Positions 29,530 through 38,419 of a DNA stretch of 64,000 bases are shown here, in pieces (the stretch's first letter is position 1; each line of letters opens with the position of its first letter). The translations under genes were made by a program, and so were the position numbers. The notes beneath the pieces were generated by a model, which saw nothing but the letters and a program-made list of their open reading frames with translations, searched no databases and had not been told where the DNA came from. Source of the DNA: Acidobacteriota bacterium (GTDB lineage: Bacteria; Acidobacteriota; UBA890; WLXD01); NCBI GenBank assembly GCA_965248695.1, contig CBDFKD010000002.1, positions 5,088,001-5,152,000 on the forward strand, read 5' to 3'.

Positions 29530-30927
29530 TTGAGCGACACCAAGAAGTGGGGCACAGAAGAGTTCTGGGGGCTGGCATATGATTGGGATCCGCAGTGGAT
29601 CCTGACGCCGGAACAGCAAGGGCTCCAGGCGGCCTTGATCGACCTGTGCCAGACCTCCATGCGTGACAACGCCGTGGAAAGCGATCGCGAGCTGATCTTC
29701 CCGCGCAAGAACTTCGAAGCGCTTGCCTCGCTCGGCCTGCTGGGCCTTATGGTGCCGAAGGACCTCGGCGGCCGCGGTGAGAACCACACGTGCTTGGCGA
29801 TGGTGGTCGAGACGATCGCGCGGTACGGCTGCCCGAGCACGGCGATGTGCTACACGATGCACATCGGCGCGATGGCGGCGGCGATGCTCCGGGCTCACGG
29901 CAGCGAGACCATCCAGAACCTGATGCGGCGGCTCGATGACGAGGTGCTGGTCGGCACGCTGTCGTATTCCGATCCCGAGACCGGTTCTCACTTCTGGTAT
30001 CCGTTCTCGTCCAGCGCCGAGCGTGTTGACGGCGGCTGGAAGGTCAACAAGAAGGCATCCTGGACGACCTCGGGCGGGTTCGCTGACTGGTACATCATCC
30101 AGACCACCAGCCCGGACTTCGATGGCGACTACTCGGATCTGTCCTGCTTCCTGATCATGGCCGACGAGATCAAAGCAGATCCGTCCACTTGGGACGGCCT
30201 CGGTTTGCGCGGCAACCAATCAGGACCCCTGTACGTGGAGGACAAGACGATCCCCGAGGACCGCCTCATCGGGCCGATCGGCGATGGTGCGAGCTCGAAC
30301 GACGAGGCGGTCGACCCCTTCTTCCTGCTGTGCTCCTCCTCGTGCTGGAACGGCATCTCGATGGGTCTGATCGATATCACCAAGGGGCACACGACCAAGA
30401 AGAAGCATGTCGACGTGGGAATGCGAGTGTGCGATTACCCGACGATTCAGGACTACGTCGGCGAAGCAGTGATCGACACGAACACGTCGCGCGCCTTCGT
30501 CTATCAGCTGGCCTCGGCGATGGACAAGAAGACCGATGACTGCGACTGGTCTCTGCACGAGGATCTCTCGGTATTGCCGCGGTCGACCGTCTTGCACTGG
30601 ATGTGGCAGGTGAAGTTCACCGCTGCCAAGAACGTTGCCCACGTGGCCGACAAGATGCTCCACGCCTGTGGTGGCACGGGTTACAAGCCGGCGCTCGGTA
30701 TCGAGCGATACCTTCGCGACGGCAAGGCGGGTTGGGTCATGGGGCCGACCAACGAGGTGTTGCGCCAGTTTGTCGGCAAGGCGGTGCTCCTGGGCTTCGA
30801 CTCGCTGGACTACTGGAACCAGTCGATCAACGAGCGGGCGCTCCACAACGAGATCAAGAAGATGGACGCCGCGGCCAAGAGCGCGCTCGCCAAGCAGCTG
30901 CTCGCGGAGGCCGAGGAATCGCAGTGA
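29530..30927 (+). CDS. Acyl-CoA dehydrogenase-fold flavoprotein (atypical)
   Basis: GLLGLMVPKDLGG, SDPETGS, K.W.TSG, GLGLRGNQSG, GGTGY..IERYLRD motifs; TTG start after GAGG. Confidence 0.88.
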   Translation: MSDTKKWGTEEFWGLAYDWDPQWILTPEQQGLQAALIDLCQTSMRDNAVESDRELIFPRKNFEALASLGLLGLMVPKDLGGRGENHTCLAMVVETIARYGCPSTAMCYTMHIGAMAAAMLRAHGSETIQNLMRRLDDEVLVGTLSYSDPETGSHFWYPFSSSAERVDGGWKVNKKASWTTSGGFADWYIIQTTSPDFDGDYSDLSCFLIMADEIKADPSTWDGLGLRGNQSGPLYVEDKTIPEDRLIGPIGDGASSNDEAVDPFFLLCSSSCWNGISMGLIDITKGHTTKKKHVDVGMRVCDYPTIQDYVGEAVIDTNTSRAFVYQLASAMDKKTDDCDWSLHEDLSVLPRSTVLHWMWQVKFTAAKNVAHVADKMLHACGGTGYKPALGIERYLRDGKAGWVMGPTNEVLRQFVGKAVLLGFDSLDYWNQSINERALHNEIKKMDAAAKSALAKQLLAEAEESQ

Positions 30928-33269
30928 TCCAGTCGCAGCTCGATGGGCCGCGATGGGCCGCGGGGGGCCTACTTCACCAGATCCCCGGTAGGGAGCGCTA
31001 TCGAGTCGCCGGCGGCGGCGCCACGGTCGTGGCACTGGCGGCCGGCGATCGCATCGACATCACCGACGTCGAGGGCGGCCAGCGCTGTGAGCTGGCGGTG
31101 TTCTCTCCGACCGGCGGCGAGGACAGCGCAGCACTCAACGCGGCTCCCGACAGCCAGCTGGGCGTGCTGGGTATCGCTCAGGCAAGCCGCGAGGGCGATG
31201 CGGGCGCCGCGGTGGCGTCGCTGCTGGCGCACGGTATCGATCCGCGCGGAGCTCCGGCGCTACAGCTGTTTCGGGGCGACGGGCCCGCTGGCGCACAGGA
31301 GTCGTTCACCGCCGAGCGCGACGTCGTCTGTATCGTCGGCGCCCCCGGCGGTCCCATGCGTGTCGATGCGCAGGATCCACCCACCGATCTCGAGATGATC
31401 ATCCAACGTGCCCGGGTGACCGAGACCCCGGAGACCCCACTACCCGCCCCACTCGGCGATATGCGGATCGACCTGCGGGTGGAGCGTGCCGGGGCGCGCG
31501 CCTACGAGGTGAAGGCCGGCGAGTACATTCAGGTGATCGACGTTGCTGGTCAACAGTGCTCGGATTTCCTCGCATTCCGGTCCGATGCCCTCCAAGACGG
31601 GGTGGAGAAAGGGCTGGACCCCACTGCCACCCGCACTTTCATGGGTGCGGCGTATCCCGGGCCCGGCCTGTACTCGAAATTCTTCGACCCGGATCTACAG
31701 GCGCTTGTCGAAGTCGTTCGCGATACGGTCGGCCGCCACGACACCTTCGGCCTGGCATGTACGGCGAAATACTACGAGGACATGGGGTACTTCGGTCACG
31801 CCAACTGTTCCGACAACTTCAACGCCGAGCTGGATCCGTTCACCATCGCGCCGCGCAAGGGTTGGCCGGCGATCAACTTCTTCTACAATACGCGCATCGA
31901 CGACGACAACGTCCTTTACCTCGATGAGCCGTGGTCGCGACCCGGCGACTACGTCTTGCTTCGCGCCCTGACCGATCTTGTTTGTTTGACTTCGGCCTGT
32001 CCCGACGACATCGACGCTGCCAATGCCTGGAATCCCACCGAGGTTCACGTTCGTGTGTATCCGGCCACGAGCTCGTTCTCGATGGGGATGGCACATCGCA
32101 TGACCGCTGACTCCGAGCCGAAGCTGACGCGCGAGACCGGGTTCCACCCTCGAACTTCGGCGCTGACTCGTAAGTTCACCGACTACAGCGGCTACTGGCT
32201 GGCGACCGAGTTCACCGAGCACGGCCCGGTCCAGGAGTACTACGCCTGCCGCGAGCGCGCCGTGGTGATGGATCTGTCGGCGCTGCGCAAGTTCGAGGTC
32301 CTGGGTCCGGATGCCGAGGCGCTGATGCAGGCGACCCTGACACGTAACGTGCGTCGCGTCGCTGTTGGCCAGGTGTCGTATACCTCGATGTGCAACGAGA
32401 CCGGTGGCCTGCTGGATGACGGTACGCTGTTCCGGCTAGGCGCGGACAACTTCCGCTGGATCGGAGGTAATGCTACGGATGGCCTCTGGTTGCGTGAGCA
32501 GGCGGAGCAACGTCGGCTCAACGTACGGGTGAAGTCGTCGTCCGATCAGCTGCACAACATCGCGCTTCAGGGCCCGCGCAGCCGTGACATCCTGCGCGAT
32601 GTCGTCTGGACATCTCCGACACAGCCCAGCATCGACGAGCTCAAATGGTTCCGCTTCACCATTGGACGCGTGGCGGCCGCTGACGGCACGCCGCTGCTGG
32701 TATCGCGGACCGGCTACACGGGCGAGCTGGGGTACGAGATCTGGTGCCATCCGGAGGATGCGGTCGCAGTCTGGGATGCGATCTGGGAAGCCGGTGAGCA
32801 GCACGAGCTCACCCCGCTTGGCCTGGACGCGCTCGATATCCTGCGTATCGAGTCGGGACTGATCTTCCCGGGCTACGAGTACGACGACCAGGTGGATCCG
32901 TTCGAGGCGGGAATCGGATTTACCGTCGACCTCGACAACACAGACGACGATTTCGTCGGGCGCTCCGCCCTCGCCGAGCGCAAGGCCCATCCGCAGAGGC
33001 AGCTGGTGGGGCTGGAGCTCGACGGCAACGAAACGGGGGGGCACGGCGATGGTGTCTACGCCGGCCGCAGTCAGATCGGGGTGGTCACCAGCGGTACACG
33101 GTCACCCATCCTGAGGAAGAACATCGCCCTTTGCCGATTGGCCAAAGAACATGGCGCCATCGGCACGAAGTTGGAAGTCGGCAAGCTCGACGGGCATCAG
33201 AAGCGCATCGCAGCAACCGTCGTGAGGTTTCCGTTCTATGACCCTGAGAAAGAACGCCCTCGCAGTTGA
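30924..33269 (+). CDS. tdm: Trimethylamine N-oxide demethylase (DUF1989 + GcvT fusion)
   Basis: G.QCSDF, RHDTFGLAC-x15-C with His at +13 and a third Cys 64 residues later (TSAC), matching my recollection of Tdm metal-ligand spacing; C-terminal aminomethyltransferase domain. Confidence 0.88.
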   Translation: MIQSQLDGPRWAAGGLLHQIPGRERYRVAGGGATVVALAAGDRIDITDVEGGQRCELAVFSPTGGEDSAALNAAPDSQLGVLGIAQASREGDAGAAVASLLAHGIDPRGAPALQLFRGDGPAGAQESFTAERDVVCIVGAPGGPMRVDAQDPPTDLEMIIQRARVTETPETPLPAPLGDMRIDLRVERAGARAYEVKAGEYIQVIDVAGQQCSDFLAFRSDALQDGVEKGLDPTATRTFMGAAYPGPGLYSKFFDPDLQALVEVVRDTVGRHDTFGLACTAKYYEDMGYFGHANCSDNFNAELDPFTIAPRKGWPAINFFYNTRIDDDNVLYLDEPWSRPGDYVLLRALTDLVCLTSACPDDIDAANAWNPTEVHVRVYPATSSFSMGMAHRMTADSEPKLTRETGFHPRTSALTRKFTDYSGYWLATEFTEHGPVQEYYACRERAVVMDLSALRKFEVLGPDAEALMQATLTRNVRRVAVGQVSYTSMCNETGGLLDDGTLFRLGADNFRWIGGNATDGLWLREQAEQRRLNVRVKSSSDQLHNIALQGPRSRDILRDVVWTSPTQPSIDELKWFRFTIGRVAAADGTPLLVSRTGYTGELGYEIWCHPEDAVAVWDAIWEAGEQHELTPLGLDALDILRIESGLIFPGYEYDDQVDPFEAGIGFTVDLDNTDDDFVGRSALAERKAHPQRQLVGLELDGNETGGHGDGVYAGRSQIGVVTSGTRSPILRKNIALCRLAKEHGAIGTKLEVGKLDGHQKRIAATVVRFPFYDPEKERPRS

Positions 33270-33277
33270 GGAAATCG

Positions 33278-34618
33278 ATGAGCTCCGTTCCTGAAGCAAG
33301 CAAGTACGTCGTCATCGGTGCCGGCATCCATGGTCTGAGCACCGCCTACCACCTAGCGCTCGAGCTCGAGGCCCGAGGGCACGGGAGCGGCGCCGACATC
33401 ATCGTCATCGACAAGGAAGGCGTTGGTGCGGGTGCGTCCGGGATTGCTTGCGGCGTGATCCGCAACAACTATTTCCAGCCTGCCATGCGCGAGCTCATGG
33501 CGCACAGCGTCGAGGTGTGGGATAGCGACCCGGAGGCATACAGCTACCACCCGGTCGGCTACATGCAGATCAGCCCGGCAGCGATGGAGTCCGACGTCGG
33601 CCAGATCTATGAGCAGCAGAAGGCGATCGGCTACGAGTCAGAGTTCGTCGTCGGCGCGGCTGAAGCCGACAGGTATATGAAGGGGCTGTTCCACGACTGG
33701 AAGGCGGCCGGGATCACATCAGTATTGCACGAGAAGAAGGGCGGCTACGCCAACAACATGGCGTCGATGCGCGGCCTCGCCACCAAGGCCGAAGGGGCTG
33801 GCGTCACGATCCACGCCGGCGTGACGGTGACCGGGTTCCAGTACACGGATACCGGAATCAGCGCCGTGGAAACCGACCAGGGGACGATCCGCACCGACTA
33901 CGTCGTGGTGGGTGTGGGCCCCTGGGTGAAGCACATCTGGGAGATGCTCGACCTGCCGAAGACCATTACGGTGAACGACAACGGCACTCTGCACGAAGAC
34001 GTCCGGATGTGGCGCTACTGGTGTCTGCAAGAGGGCACGCTGGGGGTCGACCCGGAACTGCAACGGACGAACGCCGGCGAGATGCCTCCGGTTGTGCATC
34101 TGGATACCGACGCGCCGTTGTACTCGGATGCCGACGGGTCGCTGATCACCGAAGAGATGTGGGGTATCTACTACAAGCCCGACTTCTCGTTCGGCGGTGT
34201 GCAGGGAGGCGCCATGCCCTACAAGGTCGACAAGGACCCCGACGACGTGGCGGTCGATCCGTACGGACCGAAGTCGCCGGATTTCATCGTCGGCGAGGAC
34301 TTCGCCAACATGTGGTGCTCGGCGCTTGCCTTTTGCCAGGAGCGCTTTGTCGGCAAATCGGGACTGTTCCGTGGCGAGGAGCCCTCCGGCGGGATCGGCT
34401 CGTTCACCGCCGATAGCTTCCCGGTTTTCGACGTGTTCCGGGGGAACTGCTATTTCGTTGCCGACTCCAACCACGGCTACAAGATGCTCGGGGTGGGTAA
34501 GCTGGTGGCTGCCGAGATTGCCGGCGATCGGAGCGGGCTGCTGGAGCCGTTTCGCTTCTCGCGTTATGCCGAGGGAAAGCTGCATCCGGTGTCCAACAGC
34601 CCGTATCCCTGGAGCTAG
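33278..34618 (+). CDS. FAD-dependent oxidoreductase, DAO/sarcosine-oxidase family
   Basis: VVIGAGIHGLSTAYHL, GASGIACGVIRNNY, DSNHGYKM. Confidence 0.85.
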   Translation: MSSVPEASKYVVIGAGIHGLSTAYHLALELEARGHGSGADIIVIDKEGVGAGASGIACGVIRNNYFQPAMRELMAHSVEVWDSDPEAYSYHPVGYMQISPAAMESDVGQIYEQQKAIGYESEFVVGAAEADRYMKGLFHDWKAAGITSVLHEKKGGYANNMASMRGLATKAEGAGVTIHAGVTVTGFQYTDTGISAVETDQGTIRTDYVVVGVGPWVKHIWEMLDLPKTITVNDNGTLHEDVRMWRYWCLQEGTLGVDPELQRTNAGEMPPVVHLDTDAPLYSDADGSLITEEMWGIYYKPDFSFGGVQGGAMPYKVDKDPDDVAVDPYGPKSPDFIVGEDFANMWCSALAFCQERFVGKSGLFRGEEPSGGIGSFTADSFPVFDVFRGNCYFVADSNHGYKMLGVGKLVAAEIAGDRSGLLEPFRFSRYAEGKLHPVSNSPYPWS

Positions 34619-34713
34619 CGGCGGGAGCGGATTGCGCGGTATCGGAGCCAGTGCAGGGGCGGTGACGGCTTCGGCGAAGACAACGACCGTTTGACTCAGG
34701 CTATCGAGGAACC

Positions 34714-36105
34714 ATGGAAAACGAGCTCAGCGCGCTGACCGTCATCTTCACGGAGTTCTACTACTGGGTCTGCATCGTGCTCATGTTCCTCATCCACGTC
34801 GGCTTCTGCCTGTACGAGGTCGGCGTGTCGCGTCGCAAGAACATGATGCACACGCTGATGAAGAACGCGATGGTGATTCCGCTGATCACGGTGGCGTTCT
34901 TCTTTGTCGGCTGGTGGATCTACTTCGCCTTTCAGAATGGCCCCGGTATTGCCGGCGGGCTCATCCCGGCGCCGTTCGCGCTGCCGTGGAGCGAGCTCAT
35001 GGGCACCCACATGGGCGGCCAGCCGGCGCAGGCGGCGTTGACCGCCGGCGACACAGCGACCTGGGCGCGTCTGAACGGGGTGTTCTTTGGGGCGTTTCTG
35101 CTGTTTTCCTGGACCTGCGCCTCGATCCTGTCCGGGGCGGTCATCGAGCGCATTCGCTCGAGTGCCTTCTGGCTGTTCGCCATCATGCTGGGCTCGATCA
35201 CCTGGGTCATCGACGCCTCCTGGGGCTGGTCGGGCGAGGGCTGGATGGTGCGCCTGCTGGGCTACCACGACGCCTACGCATCGGGCGTGATCCACGCGAT
35301 CAGCGGCGGATCGGCACTCGCTGTTCTGTATCACCTGGGGCCGCGCATCGGTCGGTTCCGGTCTGACGGCTCGGCGCGAGCGTTCCCGCCACAGAACACC
35401 TGGCTGGTGATCATCGGCCTGTTCATGATCTACACCGGCTTCTGGGGCTTCTACGCTGCCTGCAATATCCCGATTATCGACATCGATCCGGACTCCGCCC
35501 GCACGTTCTTTGCGGCGACGACGATCTACCTCACGCCGACCACGCTGAGCGCCATCACCTTCAACTTCCTGCTGTCGCTCGCGGGCGGTCTCATGGCCGG
35601 CTACTACGTCTCCAAGGGCGATCCTTACTGGACATTCTCCGGTGGCCTCGCCGGCATCATCACTGCTTCCGCCGGCAACGACCTCTATCATCCGTTGCAG
35701 GCCATGTTGATCGGGGCTTTCGGGGTGGTGTGCCTGTACCGGTTGCACCACTGGGTGGAGAAGAAGTTCAAGATCGACGATGCGGTCGGCGCGGTGGCGG
35801 TACATGGTTACGCAGGTGTCCTCGGCGTGGTGATCGCCGGGTTCGTGCTCTGGGGTTATCCGAGCTCGCCGAACCCGGAGTTCGCCAGCATCACCCCCTG
35901 GGGCCAGATCGCCGGCGCCTTCATCATGTTCTTCGTGCTGGGGTTCGCGCCGTGCTTCGTGCTCGGGGCGGTGCTGAAGAAACTGGACATGCTACGTATC
36001 CCGCACGCCATCGAGCTCGCGGGTCTGGATCATCAGATGCTGGCTGACGAGACGGCGGCGTCCTTCGACCTGGTGGTCGAAGAGCTCCGCGTCGCCGGGA
36101 GTTGA
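34714..36105 (+). CDS. amt: Ammonium/methylammonium transporter (Amt family)
   Basis: About 11 TM; GF.LYE.G, SGAVIER, HDAYASGVIH and DDAVGAVAVHG twin-His segments. Confidence 0.9.
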   Translation: MENELSALTVIFTEFYYWVCIVLMFLIHVGFCLYEVGVSRRKNMMHTLMKNAMVIPLITVAFFFVGWWIYFAFQNGPGIAGGLIPAPFALPWSELMGTHMGGQPAQAALTAGDTATWARLNGVFFGAFLLFSWTCASILSGAVIERIRSSAFWLFAIMLGSITWVIDASWGWSGEGWMVRLLGYHDAYASGVIHAISGGSALAVLYHLGPRIGRFRSDGSARAFPPQNTWLVIIGLFMIYTGFWGFYAACNIPIIDIDPDSARTFFAATTIYLTPTTLSAITFNFLLSLAGGLMAGYYVSKGDPYWTFSGGLAGIITASAGNDLYHPLQAMLIGAFGVVCLYRLHHWVEKKFKIDDAVGAVAVHGYAGVLGVVIAGFVLWGYPSSPNPEFASITPWGQIAGAFIMFFVLGFAPCFVLGAVLKKLDMLRIPHAIELAGLDHQMLADETAASFDLVVEELRVAGS

Positions 36106-36109
36106 GACA

Positions 36110-36379
36110 ATGCAGACAGGACTGATCGAGAACTGGACCGGGAACCCGCTGGATATCGGTCCGATGTACCCGTTTGTTGGCATGGAGATGGCCCTTTTTG
36201 TGGTGTGCGCTGCGCTTGCCATCGTCTACACGGTCTGGCAGCTGAAGTTCGAGTCGCGCACTTACGACGAGGAAGCGGCCGCGCTGGCGGCACCGTCCGA
36301 TCTGCAGGACGCCATCGTTGCCGGCGCACCGCCGTGCTACGAGCACGATGAAGCGAGGGTGCTCGACGACGAGGGCTAG
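36110..36379 (+). CDS. Small single-TM protein downstream of amt
   Basis: IENWTGNPLDIGPMYPFVG followed by one TM helix; starts 4 nt after the amt stop. Confidence 0.75.
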   Translation: MQTGLIENWTGNPLDIGPMYPFVGMEMALFVVCAALAIVYTVWQLKFESRTYDEEAAALAAPSDLQDAIVAGAPPCYEHDEARVLDDEG

Positions 36380-36918
36380 CGGTCCTGCCGCCACGCCTTA
36401 CCCCAGACGGGGCTGAAGGCGAGCACCTTGATCTCGGGCGGTGGACAGGCGTTGAACAGGTGGTTGTGCCAGTAGGCCGCCTGATGGTTCGCGTCTACGT
36501 GTGGCAGCTCCTCGACAGCGCACGGTAGACCGTAGGCGCGGGCTCCCTGGGCGAAGGCCAGGGTGCACTCAGCGTGCTCGAGAACCTCCGATGCGATCGC
36601 CGAATCGCTGGCGAACTGCGCCGTCAGCATTCCCGAGAAGCGCTCCGGGTGGTTGTAGTACTCCGACGACAGCAGCTTGATGCCGCTGTCGTAGCGTTTC
36701 TTCGGGTCCGGCGTTTGACGGATGATGTGGCGAAACAAGCCGGTATGTTCCTCGGGCTCGATTTCGGTCAGCAGCACGGTGATCTCGCAAATCAGGCTGC
36801 CGTCGGGCCGTGCGACGCCGGGGCGCATCCCCGGGCTCGGGGCACCGCCGCGCAGCCGCACGACCTCCTTGCGGACCCGACACTGCCAGGCGACGAACTC
36901 TTCTTGCAGGCTTGTCAT
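36376..36918 (-). CDS. Hypothetical protein (FVAWQCRVR motif)
   Basis: Protein-like sequence from MTSLQEEF (36918); stop shares CTAG with the convergent gene; divergent from gmaS. Confidence 0.7.
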   Translation of the reverse strand: MTSLQEEFVAWQCRVRKEVVRLRGGAPSPGMRPGVARPDGSLICEITVLLTEIEPEEHTGLFRHIIRQTPDPKKRYDSGIKLLSSEYYNHPERFSGMLTAQFASDSAIASEVLEHAECTLAFAQGARAYGLPCAVEELPHVDANHQAAYWHNHLFNACPPPEIKVLAFSPVWGKAWRQDR

Positions 36919-37048
36919 TGCATTGACGGCTGCTGCTGCTCCAGGACGTTGATTAATGTCGACGACACGGTATTGTCGCTCAACGCCAGTGCGGTTGCGA
37001 TCGGGTGGAGGCCCGCTAGGTACCAAGAGACTTTGATCGGTGGAGACC

Positions 37049-38383
37049 ATGACAGGCAAAGACGCGGCAGGCTTCTTCGAGAAGAACGGGGTGAAGTTCG
37101 TCCTCGCGCAGTTCGTCGACATCCACGGCGTGGCTAAGACGAAGGCGGTTCCGGCAGCGCACTATGAGGACATTCTCAGCGACGGGGCCGGGTTCGCCGG
37201 CTTCGCCGTATGGGGCCTCGGGCAGGAGCCGCACGATCCGGATTTCATGGCGGTTGGTGATCCAGACACCCTGAGCCTGGTGCCGTGGCAAGAGGGCTAC
37301 GCGCGGGTCGTGTGCGTCGGCAACGTGAACGGCGCGCCGTGGCCGCTGGATACGCGTCACATCGCCGGGCAGCAACTGGCCCGCATGGCCGAGCGGGGTT
37401 GGACGTTCAACACCGGCATCGAGCCGGAGTTCATGCTCCTGCAGCGCGACGACAGCGGCTCCCTCTCGCCGGCCGATCCCACCGATCGACTCGACAAGCC
37501 CTGCTACGACTACAAGGGCCTGTCGCGCAGCCGGATCTTCATCGAGAAGCTCGTGGGCGCACTGATGTCGGTGGGTTTCGACGTCTACCAGATCGACCAC
37601 GAGGACGGCAACGGTCAGTTCGAGATCAACTACACCTACACCGACGCGATGACCTCTGCGGATCGGTACGTATTCTTCCGCATGGCCGCCGGCGAGATCG
37701 CCCGCGAGCTCGGCGTTATCTGCTCTTTCATGCCCAAGCCGGCTACGCGGCGCACCGGTAGCGGCACCCACTTCCACATGTCGATCGACGATGCCGATGG
37801 CACGCCGCTGTTCGGTGACGAGTCGGATGGGCGCGGCCTCGGACTGTCAAAGCTCGCCTACCATTTCCTGGCCGGCCTGTTGGAGCACGCCCCGGCGCTA
37901 GCGGCGCTCTGTGCGCCCTCGGTCAACTCCTACAAGCGCCTGGTTGTCGGCAACACTCGGTCGGGAGCGACCTGGGCGCCGGCCTACATCTCATACGGCG
38001 ACAACAATCGCTCCAGTATGGTGCGCGTACCGCACGGGCGGCTCGAGCTACGGCTTCCCGACGGTAGCTGCAACCCATATGTGGCGACCGCTGCCATCGT
38101 TGCCGCTGGGCTGGACGGAGTCGATCGCCAGCTCGATCCCGGCGAGCCGCAGAATATCAACCACTACACGACCCCGATCGACGAGCTCAAGAAGCTCGGG
38201 GTCGGCATCCTGCCGCAGAGCCTGGGCGCCGCACTGGACGCCCTGGAGGCCGACGCGATGTTTCGCGAGCAGCTAGGCGAGAGGTTCATCGCCGAGTTCC
38301 TCGAGGTCAAGGAGACGGAGTGGATCGAGTATCAGCGCCACGTCTCCGACTGGGAGGTGGATCGCTACCTCGAGTACTACTAG
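37049..38383 (+). CDS. gmaS: Type III glutamate-ammonia ligase / gamma-glutamylmethylamide synthetase
   Basis: [55 protein letters not shown]. Confidence 0.85.
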   Translation: MTGKDAAGFFEKNGVKFVLAQFVDIHGVAKTKAVPAAHYEDILSDGAGFAGFAVWGLGQEPHDPDFMAVGDPDTLSLVPWQEGYARVVCVGNVNGAPWPLDTRHIAGQQLARMAERGWTFNTGIEPEFMLLQRDDSGSLSPADPTDRLDKPCYDYKGLSRSRIFIEKLVGALMSVGFDVYQIDHEDGNGQFEINYTYTDAMTSADRYVFFRMAAGEIARELGVICSFMPKPATRRTGSGTHFHMSIDDADGTPLFGDESDGRGLGLSKLAYHFLAGLLEHAPALAALCAPSVNSYKRLVVGNTRSGATWAPAYISYGDNNRSSMVRVPHGRLELRLPDGSCNPYVATAAIVAAGLDGVDRQLDPGEPQNINHYTTPIDELKKLGVGILPQSLGAALDALEADAMFREQLGERFIAEFLEVKETEWIEYQRHVSDWEVDRYLEYY

Positions 38384-38419
38384 TGGGTTGTAGAGCCTCC
38401 ACGACAGGGGGCTAGTCGA

